Below are positions 12,631 through 24,944 of a stretch of DNA of 64,000 nucleotides, piece by piece. The DNA lies in contig NC_045696.1 of assembly GCF_009834535.1 (NCBI RefSeq), positions 85,004,001-85,068,000 on the forward strand. Reading direction: 5' to 3'. The notes under the pieces were generated by a model, which ran no database searches, had not been told where the DNA came from, and was given only the letters and a program-made list of their open reading frames with translations. Both the position numbers and the translations under genes were made by a program. Numbering within the stretch: position 1 is the stretch's first letter; each line of letters opens with the position of its first letter. This DNA comes from Camelus ferus (Eukaryota).

Positions 12631-15110
12631 CTACAGATATATATTTTTAAATTTATCTTATATCTAGTCATCTTTCTGAACTCTTACTCTAATGTTGACG
12701 TAGATTTTCCAGGAAATTTAAGGCAGATCATGCACTCATCCACTGATGTCAAGTTTTTTTCAGTCTTAATTCTTCTCATCTGTCTCATTAACTTGGCTAG
12801 AAACTTCAGTGTAATATTGAATAGAAGGAAAGATAGCCGGAATCCTTATTTCTCTTTTAGCAGAAAAGCTTCTAAATTGATTCTTAATATTAGCAAATAT
12901 CTAGATAGTGTTTAATTTCCATAATTATTTTTCTTAGATGGTTTCTTTGAGTCATTAAAGCAAGTTCCAAATAATGAATTTGGTGAATTTTTAAATCTCT
13001 ACTCCCCCCTTCTTCGTCTTTCCCTTAGCTATTTATTAGTGGAATGTCTGCATTCTGGACTTGACTGATTATAGTGTCATAGCTTTGGTTTATACATGTC
13101 TGTATCCTCTAAAATGTTGGTAAACTGGTATTTAGATCTAGAACACTATCAGATTCAAATTCAATGTTTTGGCAAGAATACTTTATTGGCAGTCCAGTGT
13201 ATTATCTACTCTAATACATAAGGAAATATATATGATAACTTACTGTCTTCTTGTGCTTTTGAGATTGATCAGTGAGTTCACATCTTGTCTACTTGATCCA
13301 TTCATTCTAAATTTTTCCATGAACCTTCTATATGATTCTTTACAGCCAATGATAATCTAAATCTGTCATTTCCTAAGGGCTGCAAAATGATGATGCTCTG
13401 GATTTATCAAGTATTTAGTCTTTATTAGCTGGATTTTTTTCTATATAGATTTCCCCACATCAATTATTTAGTTATTAAATACAGTTCATACAATTAAAAA
13501 AAGATCATTTAATTTCATCCTTTTTCCCCCCTCAGTGTTTAGAAAGAGTGGATGTTGCCTGTTGAACCCAGTGAATTGCTCAGTAGTAACCATTGAGATT
13601 ACTTTGTTAATACCATTATGAACCCATGAATTTGGTATAATGTTTCTATCCATTGCAGTGATTTAAAGCATTTAAAATATGTATACAGTCTGAGTTTTTT
13701 TTTTTTTTTTGACATGTCTGTTGAAATCTCCTGATCATTTAGTAGAATACTATTAGACTGTTTCTCTGCTAACTTTTAAAAAATGCTTTATATTTTAGTG
13801 ATACTAAGCCTTTGTCTGTGAAATAATAGCTTACTTTGGCATTCATCTTTTTACTCCACTTATAATCTGTTTATTTTCATGTTCGGTTTCCTTTATGTAT
13901 GACATTTAACTTACACTTAAACAAATTTTTTCCTTCCCTAATCTGTGGTTCTGTTGTTGATTATAACAGATTTGCTTTATTCTTAGAGATGTGGAATTCT
14001 GCTTTGTGGAAGTTTTTGATTGACTGAAATCATGTGAATGTTCATGTGAGTTTAAAAATGTGCTAGTTTTAATTGTCTATAGTTGTGACATAAGTCTGCT
14101 TTTTTGTTGTTCAGCTATTTTGTTGGATATTACTACTCCTACTCTCTCTTTTTTTGTTTGTTTGTTTTGTTTTTTGGTTGACACTTATATCCATCTCCTC
14201 ATTTTCAATCTTCCTTTATGATTTTTATTTAGGTGTAAGCCTTGAATATATCATAGAGCTAGTGTATCTCTGTGTTTATATTTTAACTAAATTTAACTTG
14301 TGATTTCAGCTGTGCTTGGAATTATTACTGTGTTCTTATTTTTCTATTTACATGATAAGCTCCAGTTGCACACACACACATGCACACACATACCCCTCCA
14401 TAGCTTTTGAGGTTTACTGCATTGGTCAACTTTGTGTTAGCTTTTCTTTAATATTTTGAAAATAATATATTCTGTATATCTTTAAGTTTTCAGTCTAAAA
14501 TGTTTAGTGCACCTACAAACAACATTAAATAAAAAACATAAAATTAATCACTATCTCTACGCCCTCACTCAAAAGTGCAAGAACTGTGGTATGCTTTAAT
14601 TTTCCCATTTTCCTTGTTTTTCCATTTTTTAAAGATAACCTTATGTTTTGTCCTAAATTATTTTTAAAATTAATATCCTCCATCATTTTATTTGTTTCTT
14701 TGGTCACTGTATTGTTAATTCCCAAACATTGCTTTTGTATTCACTATCTTAATTTGGCTTGAAAATGCTTATAAGTTATTTGGAAGATTATCTATGAATT
14801 ACAAACACTGAATGCTTATATCAACATTCATTTTTTAATTTTGTCCTTCTGATTAAATCTTATTTTGTCTGGGTCCACAATTCTATATTTTCATCAACTT
14901 TAAATCTGACAACTAGATAACTCTTGCTTTTTGGGTAATTGTTTTCCTTTTGCAAGATTTTTGAATTTTCATTTTTGCCCCTCACTTTCCTGAAGTTTCA
15001 TCTGCAGTGTAGATTCTGTCTTGTTACTCATAATCAGAACCTGCTTGGGAGGATTTGGAAGCCACTTAGGAGACTTTTCAGCCACTGTTTCTTTCTTTAA
15101 TAAAATCCCA
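12630..15110 (-). mobile_element. Cluster of degenerate old L1 fragments (ORF2 and 3' UTR pieces, L1MC/ME-like)
   Basis: T-rich antisense L1 text: TTGGCTAGAAACTTCAGTGTAATATTGAATAGAAG (ORF2) and TTTAGATCTAGAACACTATCAGATTCAAATTCAATGTTTTGGCAAGAATAC (3' UTR). Confidence 0.6.
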
Positions 15111-15477
15111 CTTTCTATATGCCTTTAATCTTTAGGAAGTGGCAAAAAATAATTTTCTGTGTGCTAGTATACCTTTCATTTTCCTTTGATGGCATGGCAT
15201 ATGTGTAGGTAAGAGATATATGTATATCATACAAGAGATGAAGGAAAGAGTCCATTTCATAACAGTTTTTCAATTAATGAAGATTGATCTAATGCAGGCT
15301 TACTTAATAGATCAAAACATGGCAGCTTATTATTTTAATTCATTAACTTAAAAAATTTTGAAACACATTTTTGAACAAGATTATAACCAATGAATCATAG
15401 TTTCCTAAGAGACCAGAGGCAATAACACTTCCTTGCCTCATCATTTTATTTATTCATTTATTCACGTATTTATTTAT

Positions 15478-15550
15478 TTAGAATTAAAGGAGTTAACATA
15501 TGCAAAGCATCTATCTCAGTGCCTGGGACTTGATAGGAGTTCATTAAACA
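15478..15550 (+). mobile_element. MIR 3' fragment
   Basis: GAATTAAAGGAGTTAACATATGCAAAGCATCTATCTCAGTGCCTGGGACTTGATAGGAGTTCATTAAA. Confidence 0.6.
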
Positions 15551-17859
15551 GAAGTCCCATTTACTTTTGTTTTTGTCCCTGTTTTTAAACCAAATTACAA
15601 CTATTCAAGTACATGCAAACTCATCTCATATGAAAACACAGGTAAACACACACATGCATCTAAAGATGAGTACTTGGTAGAATAACAATCATTTTTACCT
15701 AATTTTATTGAAGATAATCTAACTTCTCATATAAAATACCATGTGCAGAATGGTTCATTTATTGTAATTGTATTTGTATTATCTTTTTAAAGGCTTGGGT
15801 TTCTAAAGGAAAGGGACAATACTATTTTAGGGGAAATCTGTATAGTTCAGGTTTTTTATTAATGCCAACCCAAAAGATATGTAAAACATTTTAATGTCTG
15901 GTAAATAGTCTTAAGAAAGAAAAGTTCCTAACAAAAGACCATAATTGTGTGCATGGAAAGGACAGCATTTCTTGCTAAATTGCCTTAAGTGGATTTGCTA
16001 CAGTCTTTCCAAATATAGACTAATATCTTCCTACAGAAGTTGTTAATTGGGTAATTTGATTAGTAAATTGGTTAGAAATAAAAATCCTATTATATATTTG
16101 TGGCAAAATGATTGACTAATTTTCTCCAATAACCATTGTTTATTTCTTGCCTCATTGCACGCCAATGATGTCTTTTTTTAGAGGCCTTACAGAGAACTTC
16201 TAATTCTACCTTTTCTTACAAGGACAGTTTAGAAAAAAATAACTTCATGGATTTGATTCCAGAAGGAGGCACTCTTTGTACATAGATTATGGAACTGGTA
16301 AAATACTCTATTTTAGGACATCAGAAAAACAGTAAGATTGATATATGAAACTTAGAATTGCTATAGTTGATGTCTACAGTCTATTTAAACCTTGGAAATG
16401 TGTTCATTCTGGTTTACCTGAAAATGAGGAAAAGCAAAGTAACATTAATATCGATATTTATAGTACATTAGTACCTATATCATATCCAATACTAGGTGTC
16501 TTACAAATGATTTTGAATTAGTTTATTCTGTCTTTCAGTTCATTTTCTTTAGCAGGAAGCCCTCAACTGCCTGCAGGGCCAGTGTCAGTGTCATGTGTGA
16601 GAACACCAAAACCTGAAGAAAAGTCACAACATGCAGGTCAGAGCCATGATTATTCCATGGTTTGTTGTAAGTGGAGGAATGTGAGGAAGCTTAATGGTCC
16701 TTCCTCAACTCTGTGAGGGCCTTTGTCACCTGGACCCTAAATGAACACACAAAGGCTCTCATAAATACAGGTTCCCTCCTCTATTGGCTGTATTCATTCT
16801 CTACATGGAGAACTAAAATATTCTTTTAGCCAGGTGGGAGAGAAGATATAAAATTCTTTCCAATGCCCTTGTCCTTTCTACTTCTTCATCAGCAACCATA
16901 CCTTCCTCTTTATTCTTCAAACTTTTGCACATAAAATCTGGAAGAGGCCACTTCCACAAATAATTAAACTCAGATTTCCACTTTGGGCTTTTCTAGAACT
17001 TTAAGGTGTGTAAATATGTCAGAGATTCCAAATTCAGTCTTAACTAAATTTGCTTTTTGGTTCAGTCATGAATGAACATGGCTAGACTCTTTCAGTCCCT
17101 CCTATTTCCCTTCATGAATTCTTACTTATGTTCTAGGGAGATGGAATGCAAAAATGAGTAATTTTTCTGTTAAGACTCGGTTGGTTATTAATAATAACTA
17201 TCAGCATTGACAGCAGCACAGAGCTGAACAAGTTATTAGAGGTAAGAAATCACTTCACAATAATTTATTTCAGCTATCTGGGTACAGCTATCAGCAAAGG
17301 AATCAGCAAAGGAACACACTGTAGCCTAAAGAGGTATTAAATAGACATGAGACATCTCTCCACGTTCTCTCAGGAGGAGGAAGTTGGTGAAATATTGGTA
17401 AAGTGGAAGAAAAGTTCTTTGAAGTCTTGCAAATATCTATGAAACTGAATTAAAGTGTTTCCACTGGTTTTGCTGTAGTGATTATAATCTTACCCTATGA
17501 TGAAACAGCAAAGTTAGAATGAAATATCAAAAGATAAAAAATATTTTCGTAATGCTAAGTATTTACTCATTTGTTTTAAAATACTTTAGTAAAGACAGTA
17601 TGATATCAATGAATATGAGTTTTAATCTATGCCTTTGGGGCAGTGTGTTCCCTAATGAGGAATACAACTCCAAGGGGTTTGGAGACCATGTACCAGAGAA
17701 AGCAAACACACTTCAGCCAGCTGTATCATTAGCATAATGAGAGTTAAAATTAGACTGTTACTGGTGAAATGTGTGGTATTGGCTAGAAATATTTTAGAAT
17801 CATTCCCATAAATATCTAAAGACCTCTTCTTGCTTTTCTATCCAGAAGGATACTTCTGG

Positions 17860-18210
17860 TGTTCCAGTTATGTACCAATAATGTATTGGCCCCACATATG
17901 CCCCTTCTGAATTGCTGGAGCTGTAAGTGTGCAAACAATATTTCCCTAACTGCTTTGCTAGGTTTTGACAGAAGGAACTATTGCTTACGAATGGCGGGGC
18001 TGTCAAATGGTGGGTAGATGAAAGATATTCTCTCTCTCTCTTTTTCCTTGCTTCTTTGTAGCATCTCTGGAAGTGGGTGTGCCCTTACACTGTTTCTGCC
18101 ATTGGCTTCAAGGCCCCACCTTTGTGGTCCCAACACCCTGCAAAGAGCATGCTCAGTGATTCAGTAGTAAGTACACTCTAGGGCTCTGATACTACTTCCT
18201 CCATTTTGTT
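17860..18210. mobile_element. Degenerate ERVL-class LTR (LTR33/LTR16-like)
   Basis: GC-richer block with ATTTCCCTAACTGCTTTGCTAGGTTTTG and GCATCTCTGGAAGTGGGTGTG motifs. Subfamily tentative. Confidence 0.4.
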
Positions 18211-18214
18211 GTGA

Positions 18215-18371
18215 TAAAAGATATAACTATAGATATATTTTTGATACAATACATACACATGAGAAATATGAGAAAGAAGGAGAGAGACCGAGACAGGAAG
18301 AGAGAAAATGAGAGAGAGGTATCTCCTATTGATTACTGATTTTTGTCTCTGGGGAACCCATGACTGATACA
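18215..18371 (+). mobile_element. MLT2 (ERVL) LTR 3' end
   Basis: GA-rich tract then TCTCCTATTGATT...TGTCTCTGGGGAACCCATGACTGATACA, matching the MLT2 terminus cctattggttctgtttctctggagaaccctgactaataca. Confidence 0.7.
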
Positions 18372-19279
18372 GCTCCTATGATTTCATGAATCTAACAAAG
18401 AAAAATTTTATTCCTATCTAATAATAAAGTCGAATTTTGTAATAGTTTGTACTGAAATTTACTTTCATTGTCATCTGATAGTAAGGCTATGGATAGGAAA
18501 TCTATGGTACTCATTCACTTCTAACTATTGGAGTGTACTGTATATATTCATTTTTAAAAAAACTAATACTAATTGTCCAATTAACCTTACATTCATTCAA
18601 AAACACATCATTTTGCATAAAATCTTATTACTACTTGAAATGAGGCCAAATATAAATATCTACATTTACCTGAGTTCAGCTGATACAATATACTGAACAC
18701 CAACCAATGCATGATCTGGAGTTATTGTAGTCATTATATGTCCTGAATAATAAAAGGAAATAAGGTAAGTATTATTTAGATGTATCAACAATATTTACTC
18801 ATTATTGTCAAAGGAATAGTTTCTCTGAATATGGAAGAAAACCATAAATATATATTAATTTATTTAATAAATCTGTCTTGTGGTCAATGTTATTAAATAA
18901 CACAAGACAGGAAACAAAAAAAATCAGGAGAGAAAAAGCAATGCTTCTCTAAAAGACTACATTTATTAAGTTGCACAGAGGAAATAGACATTAAGTAAAC
19001 ACAAGTGATATAAAATAAACTTAGAAGTAACCTTTGATAAATTGTCTTTAAGAGTATGTAAAATGTCCAAAAGTAGGCAAAAATAATGTATAACATTGCT
19101 GCCACAAGTTTGAAAATAACTGATAGAAATATACCAAAGATACAGATTTTGCTCCATGCCCCTTTCATACGGGCACAGATGACAGTTTACAACCTACAGG
19201 AAGCCACACAGAGCAGGAGACACAGCAGCACCCAATGGAGGGTCAATGGCAAAATAGCAGAGACCTTGCCAATTTCAGC

Positions 19280-19750
19280 CATCAAAGTATCCCCAGTGCC
19301 AAGGCCTGCACAGAACTGGTGTCTGATAAATACTTGGTAAATTAATAAATGAATGAGTGAATGGAGTGAGCATTAACTAGGTAAACAACGGTGGTGGGGA
19401 AGGGCATTTCAAGCAGAGAGGACAGGAAAGAGGTCAGGAAGAAGGCTAGTGGGCCTGGAAGGTAGTGGCAGGATGAGAATGGTACCAGAGGGGGCTGGAG
19501 AGCATGGCAATAACCAAACGCAGCAGAATCTTAAAGATAGGGTTAGAGACTCTGTGTTTTATCTCAGGTGCAAAAGAAAATGATTGATGGATTTTGAGCC
19601 TGGGAATGGTAATATATAATTTTTATTTTAGGGTATTCCATCCAACTACTAGGTGGAAAAAAGTTGGGATAGAGAGATACTGAAGAATGAAGAAGGAACA
19701 TAAAAGATATAGCAGTATCTTTGAATGAAGACAATGGCTTGGATCATAAT
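19280..19750. mobile_element. LINE-2 pieces (sense 3' tail followed by an antisense fragment)
   Basis: GTATCCCCAGTGCC...AAATACTTGGTAAATTAATAAATGAATGAGTGAATG (L2 tail), then GGGAAGGGCATTTCAAGCAGAG... (antisense L2). Confidence 0.65.
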
Positions 19751-19819
19751 TAATTAATTTCTGAACAAACACACACACACACAGAGTGAGAGACAAAAGC
19801 TTGGAGATTTGAAAGAGAA

Positions 19820-19980
19820 ATGAACAGAACAGGACATGTTCTGAGAATCATGAGACCTGACTTCTGGTCCTTACTCAGCATTAACTAGCCTTGGGTCCTT
19901 GCAAAAGTAAATTAAACCCATCTGTGAAAGGAAAGATGAGACTTAGATGAACTTTTAGGTCTCTTCTAGTTCTACTACTG
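19820..19980 (+). mobile_element. MIR-family SINE
   Basis: GAGACCTGACTTCTGGTCC...CATCTGTGAAAGG...GACTTAGATGAACTTTTAGGTCTCTTCTAGTTCT. Confidence 0.6.
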
Positions 19981-20801
19981 GAGACAATTTAATTTTTGGA
20001 GGAAGTCATTGTTGAGCCTGAAATTTTAAAAGGTCAATTAACAAAAGTTTTCCAGGGAAATATGCTACTAACACAAAAGTTTTCATGGTAATAAAAAAAT
20101 AGAAGTCTGTTTTCAGAGCACTATAAGCAATGCTGAGTTTTAAGACATGATGTAGTTTGCTAATTTATAGGTCGTAGAAAAGTGATTTGAAAGCACTTTA
20201 AACACATAAAAAGTTTAAACACATAAAAATCTATACACTTTAATTTTTTATAAAATCTCTCTTAAGTAATTTTTGAGTTAAAAAGGAATAAACAGTATTT
20301 ATATTTAGAGAATAAGAACACACAACACTTCATATAAAAAATACATGAAATCCACCCAAAATAGTGGCGATGGTATACAGCAAAATCAGGAGATACATAT
20401 CTGCATTATGATTTTTTAAGGAAGCATTGCATTGTATTGCTCTAAACGCTCTCTAGTCATATTAATTTAACTTTAAAAATAGAATAACATTGGTGATGAG
20501 CAACTTGTGAAACATTTTGAAATGCATATCTTATTGGCACTGTTTTTATTTGCTGCCAAAAGCTTTAATTCAAGGAGGGCCTTTCATCTATAATTGTTAA
20601 AATAAGGCCTCATTCTGTTTACTTCTAGGATTCTAAACCTTTCCACAACCTATCAACAGAATACTGCACACCCATTGCGACCTAGTACGTCACTGACACT
20701 CTTCTTCTGCAACTTTATGTAGAAATTTACTATTAGATTCATCTGCTATTCTTCCAGAAAAGGTGGATGGGTTGAGTGAAAATGAAAATTTTAAATTCCA
20801 A

Positions 20802-21358
20802 TATTGAGAAAGAAAAGCGGCCTCTGATATTTAGGTATCACAGATAATGTGTGTGCTACCCTGTTGAACAGAAGAAATTTCACAAAATTCCAGACCACTA
20901 GTATCAGAGAAACAACTGTGCCCACCGTGGAGCAAGGCTATAGCAACATCACCCACAGAGGGGGCTTCTGTGCCCCCCTGGAGGAACACACAACACTGTC
21001 CAAACCACAGAAATCACCAAAATGGCTAACTGGAATGGCTCTTGCTTTTTTCTTGGGGCAGGGGAGGGGTGGAGCAGAGAAAGGTTTACTGCAGCGTCCT
21101 ACTTCTTTACCATAATAATTTTAGGCCTTCTGACTTTTTGATTAAAACTTGGAATTATCTCCCAATTCCTGCGCCATCTACTATGTAGCAAGCCCCATTT
21201 AAGTAAACAAGAAAATACCTGACACAAGCACAAATCCCGTAGTAAGTTCTCTCACTGAGACACCTAATGGTTCCCCATGATGCATGGTCTCCCCCTTTGC
21301 AGTGATACAAAAACACCAATTTCGTCTGACTGCCAATGTCCCTTGAGATTCCTGAGAG
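20802..21358 (+). mobile_element. 5' LTR of the ERV1 provirus
   Basis: Aligns by eye with 29827-30377 (AACACTGTCCAAACCACAGAAAT vs AACACTTTATAAACTAAAAT; GAATTATCTCCCAATTCCTG..CATCTA..TAGCAAG vs GTATTATCCCTACTTTCTG..CATCCAA..GAGCAAA). Ends just before the PBS. Start inferred from TATTG corresponding to TGTTG. Confidence 0.75.
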
Positions 21359-21361
21359 AAA

Positions 21362-21379
21362 TGGAGTTTCCTCCAAGAT
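21362..21379 (+). promoter_or_regulatory. Retroviral primer-binding site, tRNA-Gln type
   Basis: TGGAGTTTCCTCCAAGAT matches the recalled PBS-Gln TGGAGGTTCCACCGAGAT at 15/18 positions (one mismatch is CpG decay) and lies immediately 3' of the LTR. Confidence 0.75.
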
Positions 21380-21480
21380 CCAGCTGAAGCCCTCACTGCC
21401 ACAAATGAAGACCAATAATAGTGGGCGTATTGGCAATCCCTGAGGATAGACCACAGCGAGGCCACCATGCGCGTAGCTGG

Positions 21481-21489
21481 ATGGTAAGC
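21481..21489 (+). promoter_or_regulatory. Candidate major splice donor in the ERV leader
   Basis: ATG|GTAAGC about 100 nt downstream of the PBS, the usual position of a gammaretroviral splice donor. Confidence 0.55.
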
Positions 21490-22049
21490 TTGTGCTCAGT
21501 GGAGCACCAGTATTTTGCTGAGGCCCTTTATTTTTGGGTTTTATTTGGTTTTTGTTTGTTTGCCAAGAAATAAAGTCCTCTGGGAATTTTGGGTGTCTGA
21601 TTGGATTTCTCTTGTTTATTAATGATTCTTTTTCCTACTCTTCTAAATTCGGTTTATAAGGTTTGCTTATTTGTCTTTGTCTTGAGTGTTTTTGTTTTGT
21701 TTTGTAATCTATAAAGGGGCAAAGTAAGAAAATGGTAGAGATTTGATCAGCTTCCTTGAACCAACCCTGAGGTTGAAGGGTTCTTAAGTTCTCCTCAGAC
21801 CAGTTTTGAGAAATATGTCCTCTGCTCATCATTTGAAACCTTGCAAAGAACTTCTTTCTGTCGTAATATTTCAGAGAACTGCTTTGTTCAGTTTTCTTTG
21901 CACAGAATCAGAAGGTTTATGAACTGGTCTTTGCTAGATTTCCAGAGACAAGCGTTTTCAGAAACATCATATTTACTGGTCATTGCCACTCTTAAGTTAC
22001 CACCTTAATATAAAATGTGACTCTTACAGGCCAACATTCTCTTTTTTCA

Positions 22050-22215
22050 GATTTCTTTACTATAATACTAAGTTACATGCCTGTTTCTCAGATTGGCAAT
22101 TCACTGGTATTGACATACCCAATTTCATCAGGATAATTTGGGATTACAATGGCCACTTTTTGGTGAACAGAATTGTCTATTGAGAAGTGCTTAGAACAAA
22201 GAAGAACTCTGAAGG
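22050..22215 (+). pseudogene. gag: gag (matrix-like) remnant
   Basis: DNLGLQWPLFGE (from 22132) then RIVY..LEQRR across frameshifts; resembles the class I matrix WP..G.F motif. Position after the leader fits. Confidence 0.55.
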
Positions 22216-23844
22216 AAGAAAAAATATTTTGCTTAGCGTATGAGATACTCATGTTTCTACTTTGGGGATTAAAAATTTTTTTAATCATTTAGTTTGTCAA
22301 ATTTTTAAGGGCCCAACTTGTTAATTCAACCACACTTTTTCTTTTTGTGTGTATCTATGTCAGAATGCCTTTTACCACATCTAAATTTTCTGCCTTCTCC
22401 TGACAGAGGAAATTACATTAGTTCCTTTTAATGATAATTACATATATATCTGAAATTGTCTCCATTTCACATCATTTTCTTTGTTTTGCTTCTTGTCTTT
22501 TTTCCTTCGATTTTGAAATTTTAAAGATTGACGAGAAAAAAACTAATTGTATTATTATATGCACACTCTAGGAATATCTAATCTGGAAAGGCACTCAAAA
22601 TGTCTAAAAGAAAGATAGAATGGTAATTAAACCTTTTGTTCTTTTTATTACTTTGAAAAGTATATTTGCATAATAACCTTCAATTGTATAGTTTCTGGTT
22701 ACAAAGAAAAGTTCCAAGACAGGAGAAGCACTTTTGGAATGATTTTAATGACTCTTTAAAATTTTGTTTACTATTAAAAAAAAGTCAGCACAAAATTTAA
22801 CTTGTATATAAGATCAGAATTAAATAGATTAAAATATCTCATGATTTAAGCTTAAACTTTCTGAATTTCCTGCATTGGGTTTATGAGTTAAGTAATTTAT
22901 AAGGTGTCTATAACTTGTTAAAAATTATATATATTAAAATATTATATAATACTGAAATATTAAAATATATAAACTAGTATAAGTAATACCTGAAAATTAT
23001 ATATAACTAAATGGAATAGTAATGACTGGTATCTTTTTAAAGAGTTTATTTCATACTATTCATATCCAAAATTACTATTTTAACTAATACATAAGCTTTA
23101 TGTACCAGGTCAATTTCTAAGTAGAGATAGGTACTTAACACCAGTCACTAAGCATCATTTACCGAATTTATTTGAATGGCTGAAGTTAAGAGAACATGTA
23201 AAGGCCATATGTGATATTATATGGGTACATTTCTTTTTTATCATCTCAAAATTTGTTAATATAAAATGAGTTCTCATGGGGAAAAATAATAGCTAAATAG
23301 TTTTCACTGTATCATTTTTTGTTTTGTTTGGTTTGGTATACATTTTTTTCTTTGTAATGAGAAAAAAGGAAAATTATTAATGTGGTTATCCACTGTTTGG
23401 TTTAAATCACTATTTAAAGTTGATGATTAATATAAATGAATGACCAGACTAGGTAAAATAATTATAGGGAAGTATGAATATGATCAAAAGATAATGGATA
23501 TGATTTTCTTCTTGTTTATTAAGAAAGTTCTTACAGTTTTTCAAGGGAATACATTTAATGATACATACATTGTTTTATTTATATATCAATAGTTAATTAT
23601 ATTTTAAAGCTTTGGTTAAAAGCTTTAAATTTATTGCCTATTTGTATGATTATGTATTTTTGTAGGCCTCAATGCAACTATATAAATGTATGTTAATAAT
23701 TAATTCAATATAAATTGTTTCATGAATAATACATAAAATAGGATTTTCTCTTTTATTTTCTGTAAAATGACAGTTGTTTTCTGCTTATATGTAGAGCTTC
23801 CTTTTTGTCCCTAAAATATTCTGTTAAATCTTAACAGAATAATC

Positions 23845-24845
23845 ATCTTCATCATTCAAAGTCCATAGTTTACATTAAGATTCACCAGGGTTGGATATTC
23901 TGTGGCTTTGGACAAATATATAACGACATATATCCATCATTTTGGTATCACACAGAGTATTTTCACTGTCTGAAAAATACTCTGTGCTCTGCCTGTTCAC
24001 TCCTTCCTTACCAGCCCCTGGCAACCACTAATCTTTTTTCTGTCTCTGTAGTTTTACCTTTTCCAGAATGTTATATAGTTGGGATTATACAGTATGTAGC
24101 CTTTTTCGATTGGTTTCTTTAATTTAGTAATATGCATTTAACTATGCATTTTTATTGCATGTTTTTTCATGCCTAGAGAGCTCATTTCTTTTTAGTGCTG
24201 AATCTCTCCATTCCATTGCCTTGCTATACCACAGTTTGTTTATGTATTCCCCTACTGAAGGACATCTTGGTTGCTTCCGTGTTTTGGCAATTATGACTAA
24301 GGCTGCTGTAAATATCTTTCTGTGGGTTTTTGTGTGGACATTACTTTTCAAGACCTTTGGGTAAACACCAAGGAAAGCATTTGCTGGATTATATAGTCAA
24401 AGTAGGTTTAGTTTTGTAAAAAACTGTCAAACTGTCTTCCAAAGTGGTTGTACCACTTTGTATTTTCACCAACAAAGAATGAAAATTCCTGTTCCTCCAC
24501 ATCTTCACCAGCATTTGGTATTGTACATGTTCCAGATTTTGGCCATTCTAATAGGTATGTAGTGGTATCTCATTATTGTCTTAATTTGCATTTCTCTGAT
24601 GACATATGATGTGAGTGGTTTTTTTTTTTTATATGCCTTTTTACCACTTGTATCTTCTTTTGTGAAATTTCTGTTCAGATCTTTGGCTCAAATTTTAATT
24701 GGGTTGCTCATTTTTATATTGTTGATTTTTAAAAATTATTTGTATATTTTGGATAACAGTCTTTCATCAGATGTATCCTTTACAAATATTTTCTCCCAGT
24801 CTGCAGCCTGTCTTCTCATTCTCTTGACATTGTCTTTCACAGAGT
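23845..24845 (-). mobile_element. L1MC-type LINE-1 (ORF2 end plus 3' UTR) nested in the ERV
   Basis: CAAAGTCCATAGTTTACATT...CCCCTGGCAACCACTAATC 3' UTR motifs. Minus ORF 24142-24351 (VHTKTHRKIFTAALVIIAKTRKQPRCPS) is the L1 ORF2 C-terminus. Confidence 0.9.
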
Positions 24846-24944
24846 GAGAGTGCTTAGGTACTCTTCAAGTTAAGAAAAAGTACTCTTATTAAATTTAGAG
24901 GCTGATAAAATCTGCAGATTTGTTTCCAAGATTCTGGGTTCACA

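Noticed and set aside
12472..12915. 147-aa ORF
   Set aside because: Antisense reading across old L1 fragments; no coding signature.
20849..21115. 88-aa ORF ending QRPTSLP, reminiscent of a PDE4 N-terminal motif
   Set aside because: Only 7 residues match, a stop follows immediately, and it lies within the LTR; chance.
21303..21483. Apparent internal coding exon (CCCCCTTTGCAG acceptor to GTAAG donor) of a host gene
   Set aside because: All three frames contain stops, and the sequence is explained as the LTR 3' end, PBS and retroviral leader.
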